Below are positions 11,336 through 20,219 of a stretch of DNA of 64,000 nucleotides, in pieces; position 1 is the first letter of the stretch, and the number at the start of each line of letters is the position of its first letter. Below the pieces are notes generated by a model, which was given only the letters and a program-made list of their open reading frames with translations, had not been told where the DNA came from and searched no databases. A program made the position numbers and the translations under genes. Source of the DNA: an uncultured Chlamydiales bacterium (lineage in GTDB: Bacteria > Chlamydiota > Chlamydiia > Chlamydiales > Rhabdochlamydiaceae); the NCBI GenBank assembly GCA_963700985.1, contig OY969554.1, positions 736,001-800,000 of the forward strand, given 5' to 3'.

Positions 11336-13984
11336 ATGTCTACACGCGTAAAACAATCTCTAGAACATAAAAGACTCGTCGAGAAATTCGAAGGAGAGGT
11401 CGCACCTTGGCAAAAATGGGGCCCATATGTCTCAGAACGCTCTTGGGGCACTGTTAGAGAAGATTATAGCGAGAATGGCGATGCTTGGTCCTACTTCCCC
11501 TTCTGGGATGCGCACAAACGCGTCTATCGTTGGGGTGAAGATGCCATTGCGGGCTGGTGTGATCGTTATCAAACCTTAGTCTTTGCGCCAGCCTTTTGGA
11601 ATGGCAAGGACCCTATCTTAAAAGAGCGCCTCTATGGACTGGCTTCCCTCGAAGGAAACCATGGAGAGGATGTCAAAGAGTGCTACTACCATCTCGATGG
11701 CACGCCGACACACTCTTACATGAAGTATCTTTACAAATACCCTCAGCAAGAATTCCCCTATCACAAACTAAAGGAAGTAAACGCACAAAGAGGCACTAAC
11801 GATTCCGAATACGAGCTAACCGATACGGGAATTTTTGCAGACAATCGCTATTTTGATATCTTTATCGAATACGCTAAAGCTTCGCCTGAAGATACCTGTA
11901 TTCGCATCGAAGCTTTTAACCGCGCGAATGAACCAGCTTCTTTACACATCCTGCCTCAGCTCTGGTTTCGCAATCGATGGGGCTGGGGCGAAGAGCGCCT
12001 GCCAGAACCGGTGATCAGCAAAGATCCGCATCATCAGAGCTTAATCGCCGACGATACTAATCAGCCCTCTCCTTCCACGCTTTCTTTCGATTACCATCTA
12101 GGCAAACGCTACCTTTATGGATCACGCGGCGCGCAACTTCTTTTTACAGATAATGAAAATGTTGCGCCCAATTTGCGCTACTATAAAGACGGCTTTCATC
12201 AAGCTGTTATTCACAGCCAGAATACTGTAAATCCAGACCTAAAAGGCACAAAAGCGTGCTTTCACTATTTCTTTAAAGATATTCCGCCAAAGGAATCCGT
12301 TGTACTCCACCTTAGGCTCACTAATCATTCGATGAGTGCACCGCTTGGAGACATCGAAGAGATCATTCACAAGCGAAAAAAAGAAGCTGACGCATTTTAT
12401 GAAGCAATTCATCCAAAGCATGCCACTGCTGAGGAAAAAGAGATCGAACGTCAAGCGATCGCTGGGATGCTATGGAATAAGCAGATCTATCTCTATGATG
12501 TAAGTCGCTGGCTTGAGGGTGACAATCCCAAGCATCCACCTCCTGCATCACGCGAAAATATCCGCAACTCGCATTGGAAACATCTCAACTCAATGCGCAT
12601 TCTATCGATGCCTGATAAGTGGGAGTATCCTTGGTTTGCAGCTTGGGATTTGGCCTTCCATGCTCTCACGCTTGCGCTGGTAGATATAGAATTTGCCAAA
12701 GATCAACTCTGGCTGCTGCTATTCGATCAGTTCCAACATCCAAATGGCGCTATTCCGGCTTACGAATGGGAATTTTCCGATTTAAATCCACCAATCCAAA
12801 GCTGGGTGGCTTTACGCCTCTATCAAATGCAGCGCGAAAAAGAAGGCATAGAAGATATGGCCTTCCTAAAAAAATGTTTCCACAAGCTCATCATGAACTT
12901 TGCTTGGTGGGTAAATCGAGTTGACAGTTCTGGCCACAACGTCTTTGAAGGTGGCTTCTTAGGCCTGGATAACATCACCATTGTCGATCGTTCACTTGGA
13001 CATGAAAATGATGCTACCCTCCGTCAATCCGATGGAACAGGTTGGATGGCTTTCTTCTGTCTTAATCTCATGCGCATTGCATTAGAGCTGGCTAAAGAAG
13101 ACAAAACTTACGAAGCGATGGCCACTAAGTTTTTCCAGCACTTTATTTATATCGCTTATGCCATGAAAAAGATTGGCAACCAGAACTATGAACTCTGGAG
13201 CGAAAAAGATGGCTTCTTCTACGATGTGCTCTCCTTTCCAGATGGGCACTTTGCGAAGTTCCGCGTACGCTCACTCGTAGGGATCATTCCTCTTTATGCG
13301 GTGGATATCATTACAGATGAAGAGCTAGACAAATTTCCAGAATTTAAACGCAATTTCCTCTGGTTTTTGAACAACCGTACATCGCTTACTGAAGATTGCG
13401 CGATCCCTTTTGAAAGTGACGGCAAAAAGAGCTACTTGCTATCTCTTGTGAATCGCAAACAACTTCAGAGCATTTTAGGCTATATTTGGAATCCAAATGA
13501 GTTTCGTTCCGAGTTTGGCTTGCGCAGTCTTTCAAAGTTTCACGAGGCAAATCCCTTCTTCTATAAAGACAAGCAGATCGCCTATGAGCCAGGTGAATCA
13601 TTGCACAAACTTAAAGGCGGAAATTCAAATTGGCGCGGCCCGATCTGGTTTCCAACTAGCTATCTGCTGATCCAATCGCTTAATAAATATGCTCAGGTAT
13701 ATCCGCATGACTTTGCAATTAAGGTGAATGAAGAGCAGCCAGCCAAAATCGAAGATATTTCGCGCTATTTCGCAGATAGACTCATCTCTCTTTTCAAAAA
13801 AAACCCAGACGGTGTTCGCCCTTTTATCGGCAGCGCCTTTCCCTTTGTCAAAGACCCCTATTTTCAAGATCATATCCAGTTTTACGAGTATTATCATGCC
13901 GAAACCGGCAAAGGCCTTGGTGCCTCGCACCAGACCGGCTGGAGCGGCCTCGTAGCCAATCTAATCCACGAATTCCGCAATTAG
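11336..13984 (+). CDS. MGH1-like glycoside hydrolase (GH63-related glucosidase)
   Basis: WGPYVSERSWGTVREDYS, SMPDKWEYPWFAAWDLAFH, GGNSNWRGPIW, GLGASHQTGWSGLVA. Confidence 0.92.
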   Translation: MSTRVKQSLEHKRLVEKFEGEVAPWQKWGPYVSERSWGTVREDYSENGDAWSYFPFWDAHKRVYRWGEDAIAGWCDRYQTLVFAPAFWNGKDPILKERLYGLASLEGNHGEDVKECYYHLDGTPTHSYMKYLYKYPQQEFPYHKLKEVNAQRGTNDSEYELTDTGIFADNRYFDIFIEYAKASPEDTCIRIEAFNRANEPASLHILPQLWFRNRWGWGEERLPEPVISKDPHHQSLIADDTNQPSPSTLSFDYHLGKRYLYGSRGAQLLFTDNENVAPNLRYYKDGFHQAVIHSQNTVNPDLKGTKACFHYFFKDIPPKESVVLHLRLTNHSMSAPLGDIEEIIHKRKKEADAFYEAIHPKHATAEEKEIERQAIAGMLWNKQIYLYDVSRWLEGDNPKHPPPASRENIRNSHWKHLNSMRILSMPDKWEYPWFAAWDLAFHALTLALVDIEFAKDQLWLLLFDQFQHPNGAIPAYEWEFSDLNPPIQSWVALRLYQMQREKEGIEDMAFLKKCFHKLIMNFAWWVNRVDSSGHNVFEGGFLGLDNITIVDRSLGHENDATLRQSDGTGWMAFFCLNLMRIALELAKEDKTYEAMATKFFQHFIYIAYAMKKIGNQNYELWSEKDGFFYDVLSFPDGHFAKFRVRSLVGIIPLYAVDIITDEELDKFPEFKRNFLWFLNNRTSLTEDCAIPFESDGKKSYLLSLVNRKQLQSILGYIWNPNEFRSEFGLRSLSKFHEANPFFYKDKQIAYEPGESLHKLKGGNSNWRGPIWFPTSYLLIQSLNKYAQVYPHDFAIKVNEEQPAKIEDISRYFADRLISLFKKNPDGVRPFIGSAFPFVKDPYFQDHIQFYEYYHAETGKGLGASHQTGWSGLVANLIHEFRN

Positions 13985-14103
13985 AACTCGATTTTCTTAA
14001 AAAGATGAATATCTAACATTAATCTATAAACAAAATTTTATTAACTAATTTAATTAAATCATCATAAATGATATAAATACTCACCTACTTAAATCTAAAA
14101 TAG

Positions 14104-15168
14104 GTGAAAGAAGTGATTAGCCAGCCAATTATATATTATCGTGATTTTCACAACGACTTCCCAACTGAAAAACTTCCGCAAGGCGTATGGCAAGAGGGGC
14201 AACGTATTTTACAGACTGCTCTTCCTCTTTTAAGCATCCACCGCCCCTTTCGTGACCCTCTGTCGCTTGGCTTGTCTGGTTTGCGTGCCTTAACCAACGC
14301 TAGCCAGTTCATTGAAGATATTAAGCAGGGGGAAATTACCGAAGGCGCTTTCCATTTTCTTCACGCAAGCTTAGCCACCACAGCCGTTGGCCTCAGCTTC
14401 TTCAATCCTGTGCTCGCTTCACTTACTTCAACCACAAGCGATCTAATCATTCACTCTCGCACTTTCTTTGAGCAGGCTTGTGCAGGCAACATGCAAACCG
14501 CCTTGCTTGCGCTCTCTTACCTCACGCTCGACCTTCTTTTCCTCGCCTCTTTTTGTTATGGGATGATTGAGATCACCGTAGCCTGCATGCTGCTGCAAAT
14601 TATTCTCGATCTGCATCAATCCGCAGCACATTTCATCAATGGTGATCTTTTTGCAGGTATTTGCCAGGCAACGCTTGCAGGCGCACATATCTATCAAGCT
14701 ATTCCTCAAATAAGAACGCTGCAATGGACGTGGGAACAGAATCCAGTTCTGTCGGCTGAACTAAAGCAAGCAGAAAATGGCTTCACCTATCTCGACATTC
14801 CTGACGAGTATGTACATAGCCTGTTTAAGTTGTGCGATGATGCAGGGGTAGAACTTCCCCCTTACTTTGGAGAAGGCCTTGCCGGGGCGCATGTAAGCGC
14901 GATTCTTGGCGATGAGATAAGCGCTGCTGGCTCACCCAAAATCTCTGAGATTGGCCGAAAATTTGATTTCCGCATTGTCAATTGGGATTCACTTAAACCT
15001 GCAGGCTGGAATGGCGTCGATAAGGTCTATTTCTTAACTTTAAGCTGCCCTGAACTCGAGAGCGTGCGCTCAACTTACGGTTTTTCTCCAAAAATACACC
15101 ACGATCATGACTTCCATTTGACTTTTGGCATCCACAGAGAATCAGCACCTATTCAGGAACTGGCTTAA
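14104..15168 (+). CDS. Hydrophobic N-terminal module fused to a 2H phosphoesterase domain
   Basis: Two HxS/T motifs (AHVSAI, FHLTFG) about 75 aa apart; N-terminus homologous to the 14..2131 protein. Confidence 0.75.
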   Translation: MKEVISQPIIYYRDFHNDFPTEKLPQGVWQEGQRILQTALPLLSIHRPFRDPLSLGLSGLRALTNASQFIEDIKQGEITEGAFHFLHASLATTAVGLSFFNPVLASLTSTTSDLIIHSRTFFEQACAGNMQTALLALSYLTLDLLFLASFCYGMIEITVACMLLQIILDLHQSAAHFINGDLFAGICQATLAGAHIYQAIPQIRTLQWTWEQNPVLSAELKQAENGFTYLDIPDEYVHSLFKLCDDAGVELPPYFGEGLAGAHVSAILGDEISAAGSPKISEIGRKFDFRIVNWDSLKPAGWNGVDKVYFLTLSCPELESVRSTYGFSPKIHHDHDFHLTFGIHRESAPIQELA

Positions 15169-16454
15169 CTAAAGACAGCCTTAACAAACAGCGTACGCGC
15201 TTGTGTGTATTTGAAAAAGTCATCGCTGTGCGCATCAACGCCAGCTGGCGAAGTAAAATAGATACGCACTACAGTCTGATTTACTTTCTCGGCAAGTTGC
15301 GCATATCTATCTTTTACAGCTTGAGAAAGTCGCTCATCATTACTTGCATGAATGAGAACGATTTTTCCTCTTTTGCTTAGATTTAGATCTCGCCATAACT
15401 CTTCTACGTTAAAACCGCACTCTTGAGGCCTGTCTAATAATGTCGATGGGAAGTCGCGACTTTGTAAAGAACGCAAAAGAGGTGTTGCCATAAACCGCGC
15501 AAGAGGCTGCGCGCTTATAAAATCTCTACGAAAGTTGCTAAAACTCTGCTCCGCAAAGAAATTTATGCCTTCGGCATGCAATTTGCTTTTGAGATAAGCA
15601 GCAACAGGTTCACCCCCGCAAAAGCCACCGACCCAAAGCTGCTCAGGTTTATAAGGCTTTTTACTTTGGAGTTTAGCAAAGACTGCTTCGATATCGAGAT
15701 AGAAAGCGCCTTCGGAGGGAATTCTGCCACGACTCTTCCAGATGCCGCTATTATCAAAAAAGCAGAAATCCATTTTCATGCCCAAATAGAAACCTGCACG
15801 TAAACGATCGGTGATGAAGGGCCCGCTAGTAGATCGGCAATAGAGAATACAGCGAGAGTGCCATTCTTTCTGGGGAATTAAATGGGCCTCATTGTTTGTC
15901 ACAATCCCATGAAGTGCAAATCCATTAACCTGCGGAAGAGATATCTCATTCCAACCAAATTTAAGCAGCACGTCTTTTTTAAATTGTTGTCATTGATGCG
16001 TGTTCTGGATGTCTTGTGGAGGGATAATGACCAAAGCGGGTTTTCCATTGATGAGTATCTCTTCCCACTTTGCACCATAATTTTCCAGAAGCCCTTCAAA
16101 ATCTCTTGCTTTAAGCGTGAGCATGTGGACCGAGCCTCTTCCATCTCGAGGTGTAGCAAAATGCTCTACTCCACCAATAGCTTTAAAAAGCTCAAGAGAT
16201 CTCTGTGCCCGCGTTTCATCGAACTTAGTTGGGAAAAGCGTGCGCTGGGAAATTGCCTTATAGAGGTAGACAATCGTACGTTCTAAACAGCCATTTTGCT
16301 GCACTGCAAACCGAAATACAGGCACACGTAAAACGCGTTCGAAAAGAGAATAGAGCGGCTTGGCAAAAGAACCAGTAATGCTGGATACATTAGCGGCTAG
16401 AAGAAACTTTTCATCCTCATATACACATGACGCACTAGCTGGACGAACTGCCAT
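15165..16454 (-). pseudogene. Alpha/beta hydrolase paralog interrupted by a single in-frame TGA (15990-15992)
   Basis: ORFs 15990..16454 and 15165..15971 are in the same frame and together align end to end with 16549..17826; the TGA aligns with Trp. Confidence 0.85.
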
Positions 16455-16548
16455 ATTTTAATCTCCAAATTTAGCTTGGGGCATGCTGATCATATTCTAA
16501 CTTCCCCAACACAATTCAACTGGTTCTAAGCGTGGCCAAAAAATTGAC

Positions 16549-17826
16549 TTAACTAAAGACAGCCTTAACAAACAGCGTACGCGCTTGTGAGTCTATGAAA
16601 AAATCTGCGCTATGCCCATTTATCCCACGAGGCGGAGTAAAGTAGATGCGCACAACTACTTTATTTACTCTGGCTGCAAGCTCTGCAAATAGCTCTTTTA
16701 CGGCTGGAGATATAAGCTCATCATGTCGTGCGTGAATGAGAACGATTTTTCCTTTTTGGCTCTGCTTTAAATCGCGCCATAACCCATCGATATTAAAATT
16801 GCACTCGAGTGGCCTATCTACCAATTGACGTGGGATATCCCGGCTGTACAGAGTGCGTAAAAACCAGGGCATCAAAAAACGTGATAATGGTTTTGGAGCG
16901 ACAAAATCGCGCTCAAAATTGCTGAAGCCCTGTTCTGCAAAAAAATTCACGCCACTTGCGTGCAATTTTTTCTTCAGATGTGCGGCAACAGGCGTACCTC
17001 CACAAAATCCTCCAATCCAAAGCTGTTCCGGATTATAGGAGTTTAGGCTTTGAAGCTTTTCATAAACTGCTTCCATATCGAGATAGAACGCAGCTTCAGA
17101 AGGCGTACCCTCACTTTTCCAAATACCTCTACTCGAAAAAAAGCAGAAATCCTGTTTCAGGCCTAAATAGAAGCCGGCTCTCGGGCGATCGATAATGAAA
17201 GGCCCACTGGCAGAGCGGCAATAGAGAAAGCAGCGCGGGGCCCATGTTCTATAAGGGATTAAATTTGCATCAGAACTTGTGATGATCACGTCAACACAAC
17301 CACTATCAAAGCGCAGCGTCTGCTCTTTCCATCCAAATTGAAGAAGAGTGTTCTTTTTAAACTCTTTCCAGGCGGGCTGCGTGGCAAAAAAATCAGCGGG
17401 TGGAACAATAGCCAAAACATGATTTTCCCCCGTCACGATCTCTTCCCAGCGAGCTCCATAACTCTGCAAAATAGATTCAAAGTCTTTCGCCCTAAGCGTA
17501 AGCATATGAACTAAGCCTTTTTCATCTCGAGGACGCACAAAGCTCTCTACTCCGCCGATATTTTTAAACATTCGGAGGGATCTTTCTGCACGGGATTCAT
17601 TGAAGCTAAAAGGGAAAAGAGTACGCTTAGAACAAGCGTTATAAAGCCATACGATGGCACGTTCTAAACAACCGTGATGTACGCCAGCCCGAAATACGGG
17701 AATACGAACGATGCGTTCAAAAATTGAATAGAGAGATCCTGCAGGAGGAGCACTTGCGAGATTCGCCTCAGGAAAACCATTTTTAGTCTCAGATCTAAAA
17801 CTTCCAGTGAGCTCTCTTACAGCCAT
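16549..17826 (-). CDS. Alpha/beta hydrolase-fold protein with Cys at the nucleophile elbow
   Basis: RGIWKSEGTPSEAAFYLDMEAVY, IGGFCGG, EQGFSN, HARHDE, GHSADF. Confidence 0.8.
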   Translation of the reverse strand: MAVRELTGSFRSETKNGFPEANLASAPPAGSLYSIFERIVRIPVFRAGVHHGCLERAIVWLYNACSKRTLFPFSFNESRAERSLRMFKNIGGVESFVRPRDEKGLVHMLTLRAKDFESILQSYGARWEEIVTGENHVLAIVPPADFFATQPAWKEFKKNTLLQFGWKEQTLRFDSGCVDVIITSSDANLIPYRTWAPRCFLYCRSASGPFIIDRPRAGFYLGLKQDFCFFSSRGIWKSEGTPSEAAFYLDMEAVYEKLQSLNSYNPEQLWIGGFCGGTPVAAHLKKKLHASGVNFFAEQGFSNFERDFVAPKPLSRFLMPWFLRTLYSRDIPRQLVDRPLECNFNIDGLWRDLKQSQKGKIVLIHARHDELISPAVKELFAELAARVNKVVVRIYFTPPRGINGHSADFFIDSQARTLFVKAVFS

Positions 17827-17928
17827 ACATAACCCTCAAGTTAAACAGGAGTATCAAATCGAGAGCCACGAGTATAACCTGCCTCTATAAAATTCCAAAT
17901 CTTTTTAGAGATGTCTACAAACTAGAGC

Positions 17929-18447
17929 TTATCGAGATAACAAGGATGGGTTCAAAGATTGGAAACCCGTATCGCGCAAGGTTTTCTGAAATTCCTTAAT
18001 CAAAGCATATTCTTGAAATTCCCTCTCACGAGCTTTGAATGCCGCGTGGTGGATCTTCCGTTTTTGCCATCTCTCTTTTATGGGAGGAAGCACGTGGTGT
18101 AGCATTTCATGATAAACGACATAGGAGAGCACGTGATGCGGAACATGCGCTTGGTCGAGCAAGCGGTGGATCTTGATTAGCTGGCTATGCTGGTTATAGG
18201 TGCCCAGAGTAAGGCGCCGCTTGGGCACCGACTTTTTGCTTCCAAACCAGGTAATAGAAAGGTCTAGCTTATTTTCAAAATAGTGCGCATTGACGCTTTG
18301 ATAGATCTCATTTAAGTTGTAATGCTCACCCAGGTGTTTTAACGTTCTCGTAGGCCTTCGTGCTTTCGACCGTCTTATCTTGGCAGCTGCCTTGGGTTTA
18401 TATAAGCGATAGAGGCGGCCTAAAAATGTGGAAATTTCTTTGTTCAT
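17929..18447 (-). CDS. SprT/YgjP-like zinc metalloprotease domain protein
   Basis: LGTYN, IKIHRLLD, YVVYHEMLH, IHHAAFKARE. Confidence 0.85.
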   Translation of the reverse strand: MNKEISTFLGRLYRLYKPKAAAKIRRSKARRPTRTLKHLGEHYNLNEIYQSVNAHYFENKLDLSITWFGSKKSVPKRRLTLGTYNQHSQLIKIHRLLDQAHVPHHVLSYVVYHEMLHHVLPPIKERWQKRKIHHAAFKAREREFQEYALIKEFQKTLRDTGFQSLNPSLLSR

Positions 18448-18510
18448 CTAAAAGAGGTCTATTGAAAAATTTCTTGATAACTGAAATGATACATTGTTAA
18501 GGGAATAATA

Positions 18511-19287
18511 ATGAAAAAGCACTTTCTTCTACTTACTTTATTTGCTCTAACTTGTACCCAAAGCGCTTTTTCTATTTCCATCTCATATGATGATGCCAAA
18601 AAAATTGCTGAGAAGGTCTGGCAGAACGAATGCCGAGGCTCCATGGAAGGCCTCACCAACTGGAAAAAAGGTGAAAATTTTGCTTCTCTTGGCATCGGGC
18701 ATTTTATCTGGTATCAGCCTGGTAAAAAAGAACGCTTCCAAGAGACCTTCCCTGAGCTATTAAAATTTCTGCAAGCAGAAGGTATAGTATTACCTGCCTG
18801 GTTGAAAAAAGCCCAAGGGTGTCCTTGGAGCTCACGCGAAGAGTTCTATCTGAATGTTAAAAGCAGCGACATGGCCGCCCTGCGGCAGCTACTCTTTGAC
18901 ACCAAAGATCTGCAAGCTATCTTTCTCGCCAGACGACTTGAAGCATTTCTCCCCAAGATGATCGGACATCTCTCCGAAGAAGAAAGAGATAAATTAACCG
19001 CTACTTTCAATCGGTTAGCAAGTGATCATAAAGGGTTATATGCGCTGATAGACTATTTAAACTTTAAAGGAGCTGGCACCTCTCCAGATGAGAAATATAA
19101 AGGTCAGGGATGGGGGCTTCTTCAAGTGTTGGAACGCATTCCTCCTAATTCCAAAGATCCTGTCTTAGATTTTGTAGAAAATGCTCGGATTCTACTTATG
19201 CTAAGAGTGCAAAACTCCCCTCCTGAAAGAAATGAGCAGCAATGGCTCAAGGGCTGGCTAAATCGGCTCAACACCTATTTGAAGTAG
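18511..19287 (+). CDS. Secreted hypothetical protein
   Basis: Signal peptide MKKHFLLLTLFALTCTQSAFS; conserved-looking WQNEC, ASLGIGHFIWY, DYLNFKG, GWGLLQVL, WLKGWLNR. Confidence 0.75.
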   Translation: MKKHFLLLTLFALTCTQSAFSISISYDDAKKIAEKVWQNECRGSMEGLTNWKKGENFASLGIGHFIWYQPGKKERFQETFPELLKFLQAEGIVLPAWLKKAQGCPWSSREEFYLNVKSSDMAALRQLLFDTKDLQAIFLARRLEAFLPKMIGHLSEEERDKLTATFNRLASDHKGLYALIDYLNFKGAGTSPDEKYKGQGWGLLQVLERIPPNSKDPVLDFVENARILLMLRVQNSPPERNEQQWLKGWLNRLNTYLK

Positions 19288-19370
19288 ACGCCCTCTCAAA
19301 AAAATTCATTGAAACTTTTTCCTTCGGAAGACTATGCATATAGATTCTTATCCAAGGATATCTACTTCTT

Positions 19371-20219
19371 ATGAAGCGCATTCTCATTACAATCCTCGCT
19401 ATCATCCTTCTCGCTGCGCTTATTGGAAGTGCCGTATATTTTTTTCGTCCTAAGAAAAACCCCAATGAGCTTTGGCTTTATGGCAACGTTGATGTAAGAC
19501 AGGTCGATATCGGATTTCGCGTAGCTGGGCGTGTAGACCAGCTCTTTTTCGAAGAAGGTGACTATGTCACTACCGGTCAACTTTTAGCAGTGCTAGATAA
19601 AACTCCTTACGACAGTCAAGTGCGTGAGGCTGTGGCTAACTTAGAATCCGCTAAAGCGAGCTTTGAGAATGCTGAAATTCTGTGGAAAAGAAGACAAGAG
19701 TTAATTGGTGTGGGCGGCGTATCGCAAGAAGATCTCGACAATGCCACAGCTACACGCAATGAGCAGTTGGCAAATCTGCTTCAGTTTAAAGCAGCTCTCG
19801 GTGTGGCGCTGGATAACATGGCTTACACAGAAGTTTTTGCCCCAACAGAAGGGGTAATCCTCACACGCATTCGCGAACCGGGAACTGTGGTCAATCCCGC
19901 GGATCCAGTTTATACTCTTTCCGTCTCCTCTCCTGTATGGATTCGTGCCTTTGTGGATGAACCTCACCTCGGAGACGTCTACTATGGCATGACGGCTGAG
20001 GTTTTCACAGACACAAAGGGTGCACCAAGCTACACCGGAAAAGTGGGTTTTATTTCGCCTGTTTCGGAATTTACACCTAAAACCGTTGAAACAACTCAAC
20101 TACGTACTGATCTGGTCTATCGCCTACGTATCTACGTCGATAATCCCGATAGAATTCTCAAACAAGGCATGCCAGTTACGGTTAAACTTCACATCGATAC
20201 CAATCGTGAGAGAAAGTGA
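19371..20219 (+). CDS. ybhG: HlyD-family membrane fusion protein (YbhG-like)
   Basis: LYGNVDVRQVDIGFRVAGRV, ISPVSEFTPKTVET..LRTDLVYR. Confidence 0.9.
   Translation: MKRILITILAIILLAALIGSAVYFFRPKKNPNELWLYGNVDVRQVDIGFRVAGRVDQLFFEEGDYVTTGQLLAVLDKTPYDSQVREAVANLESAKASFENAEILWKRRQELIGVGGVSQEDLDNATATRNEQLANLLQFKAALGVALDNMAYTEVFAPTEGVILTRIREPGTVVNPADPVYTLSVSSPVWIRAFVDEPHLGDVYYGMTAEVFTDTKGAPSYTGKVGFISPVSEFTPKTVETTQLRTDLVYRLRIYVDNPDRILKQGMPVTVKLHIDTNRERK

Noticed and set aside
15990-15992. Genetic code reassignment (UGA=Trp) or selenocysteine
   Set aside because: TGA terminates several conserved genes normally (e.g. ybhG, ybhF, ybhR); the aligned residue is Trp, not Cys; only one case
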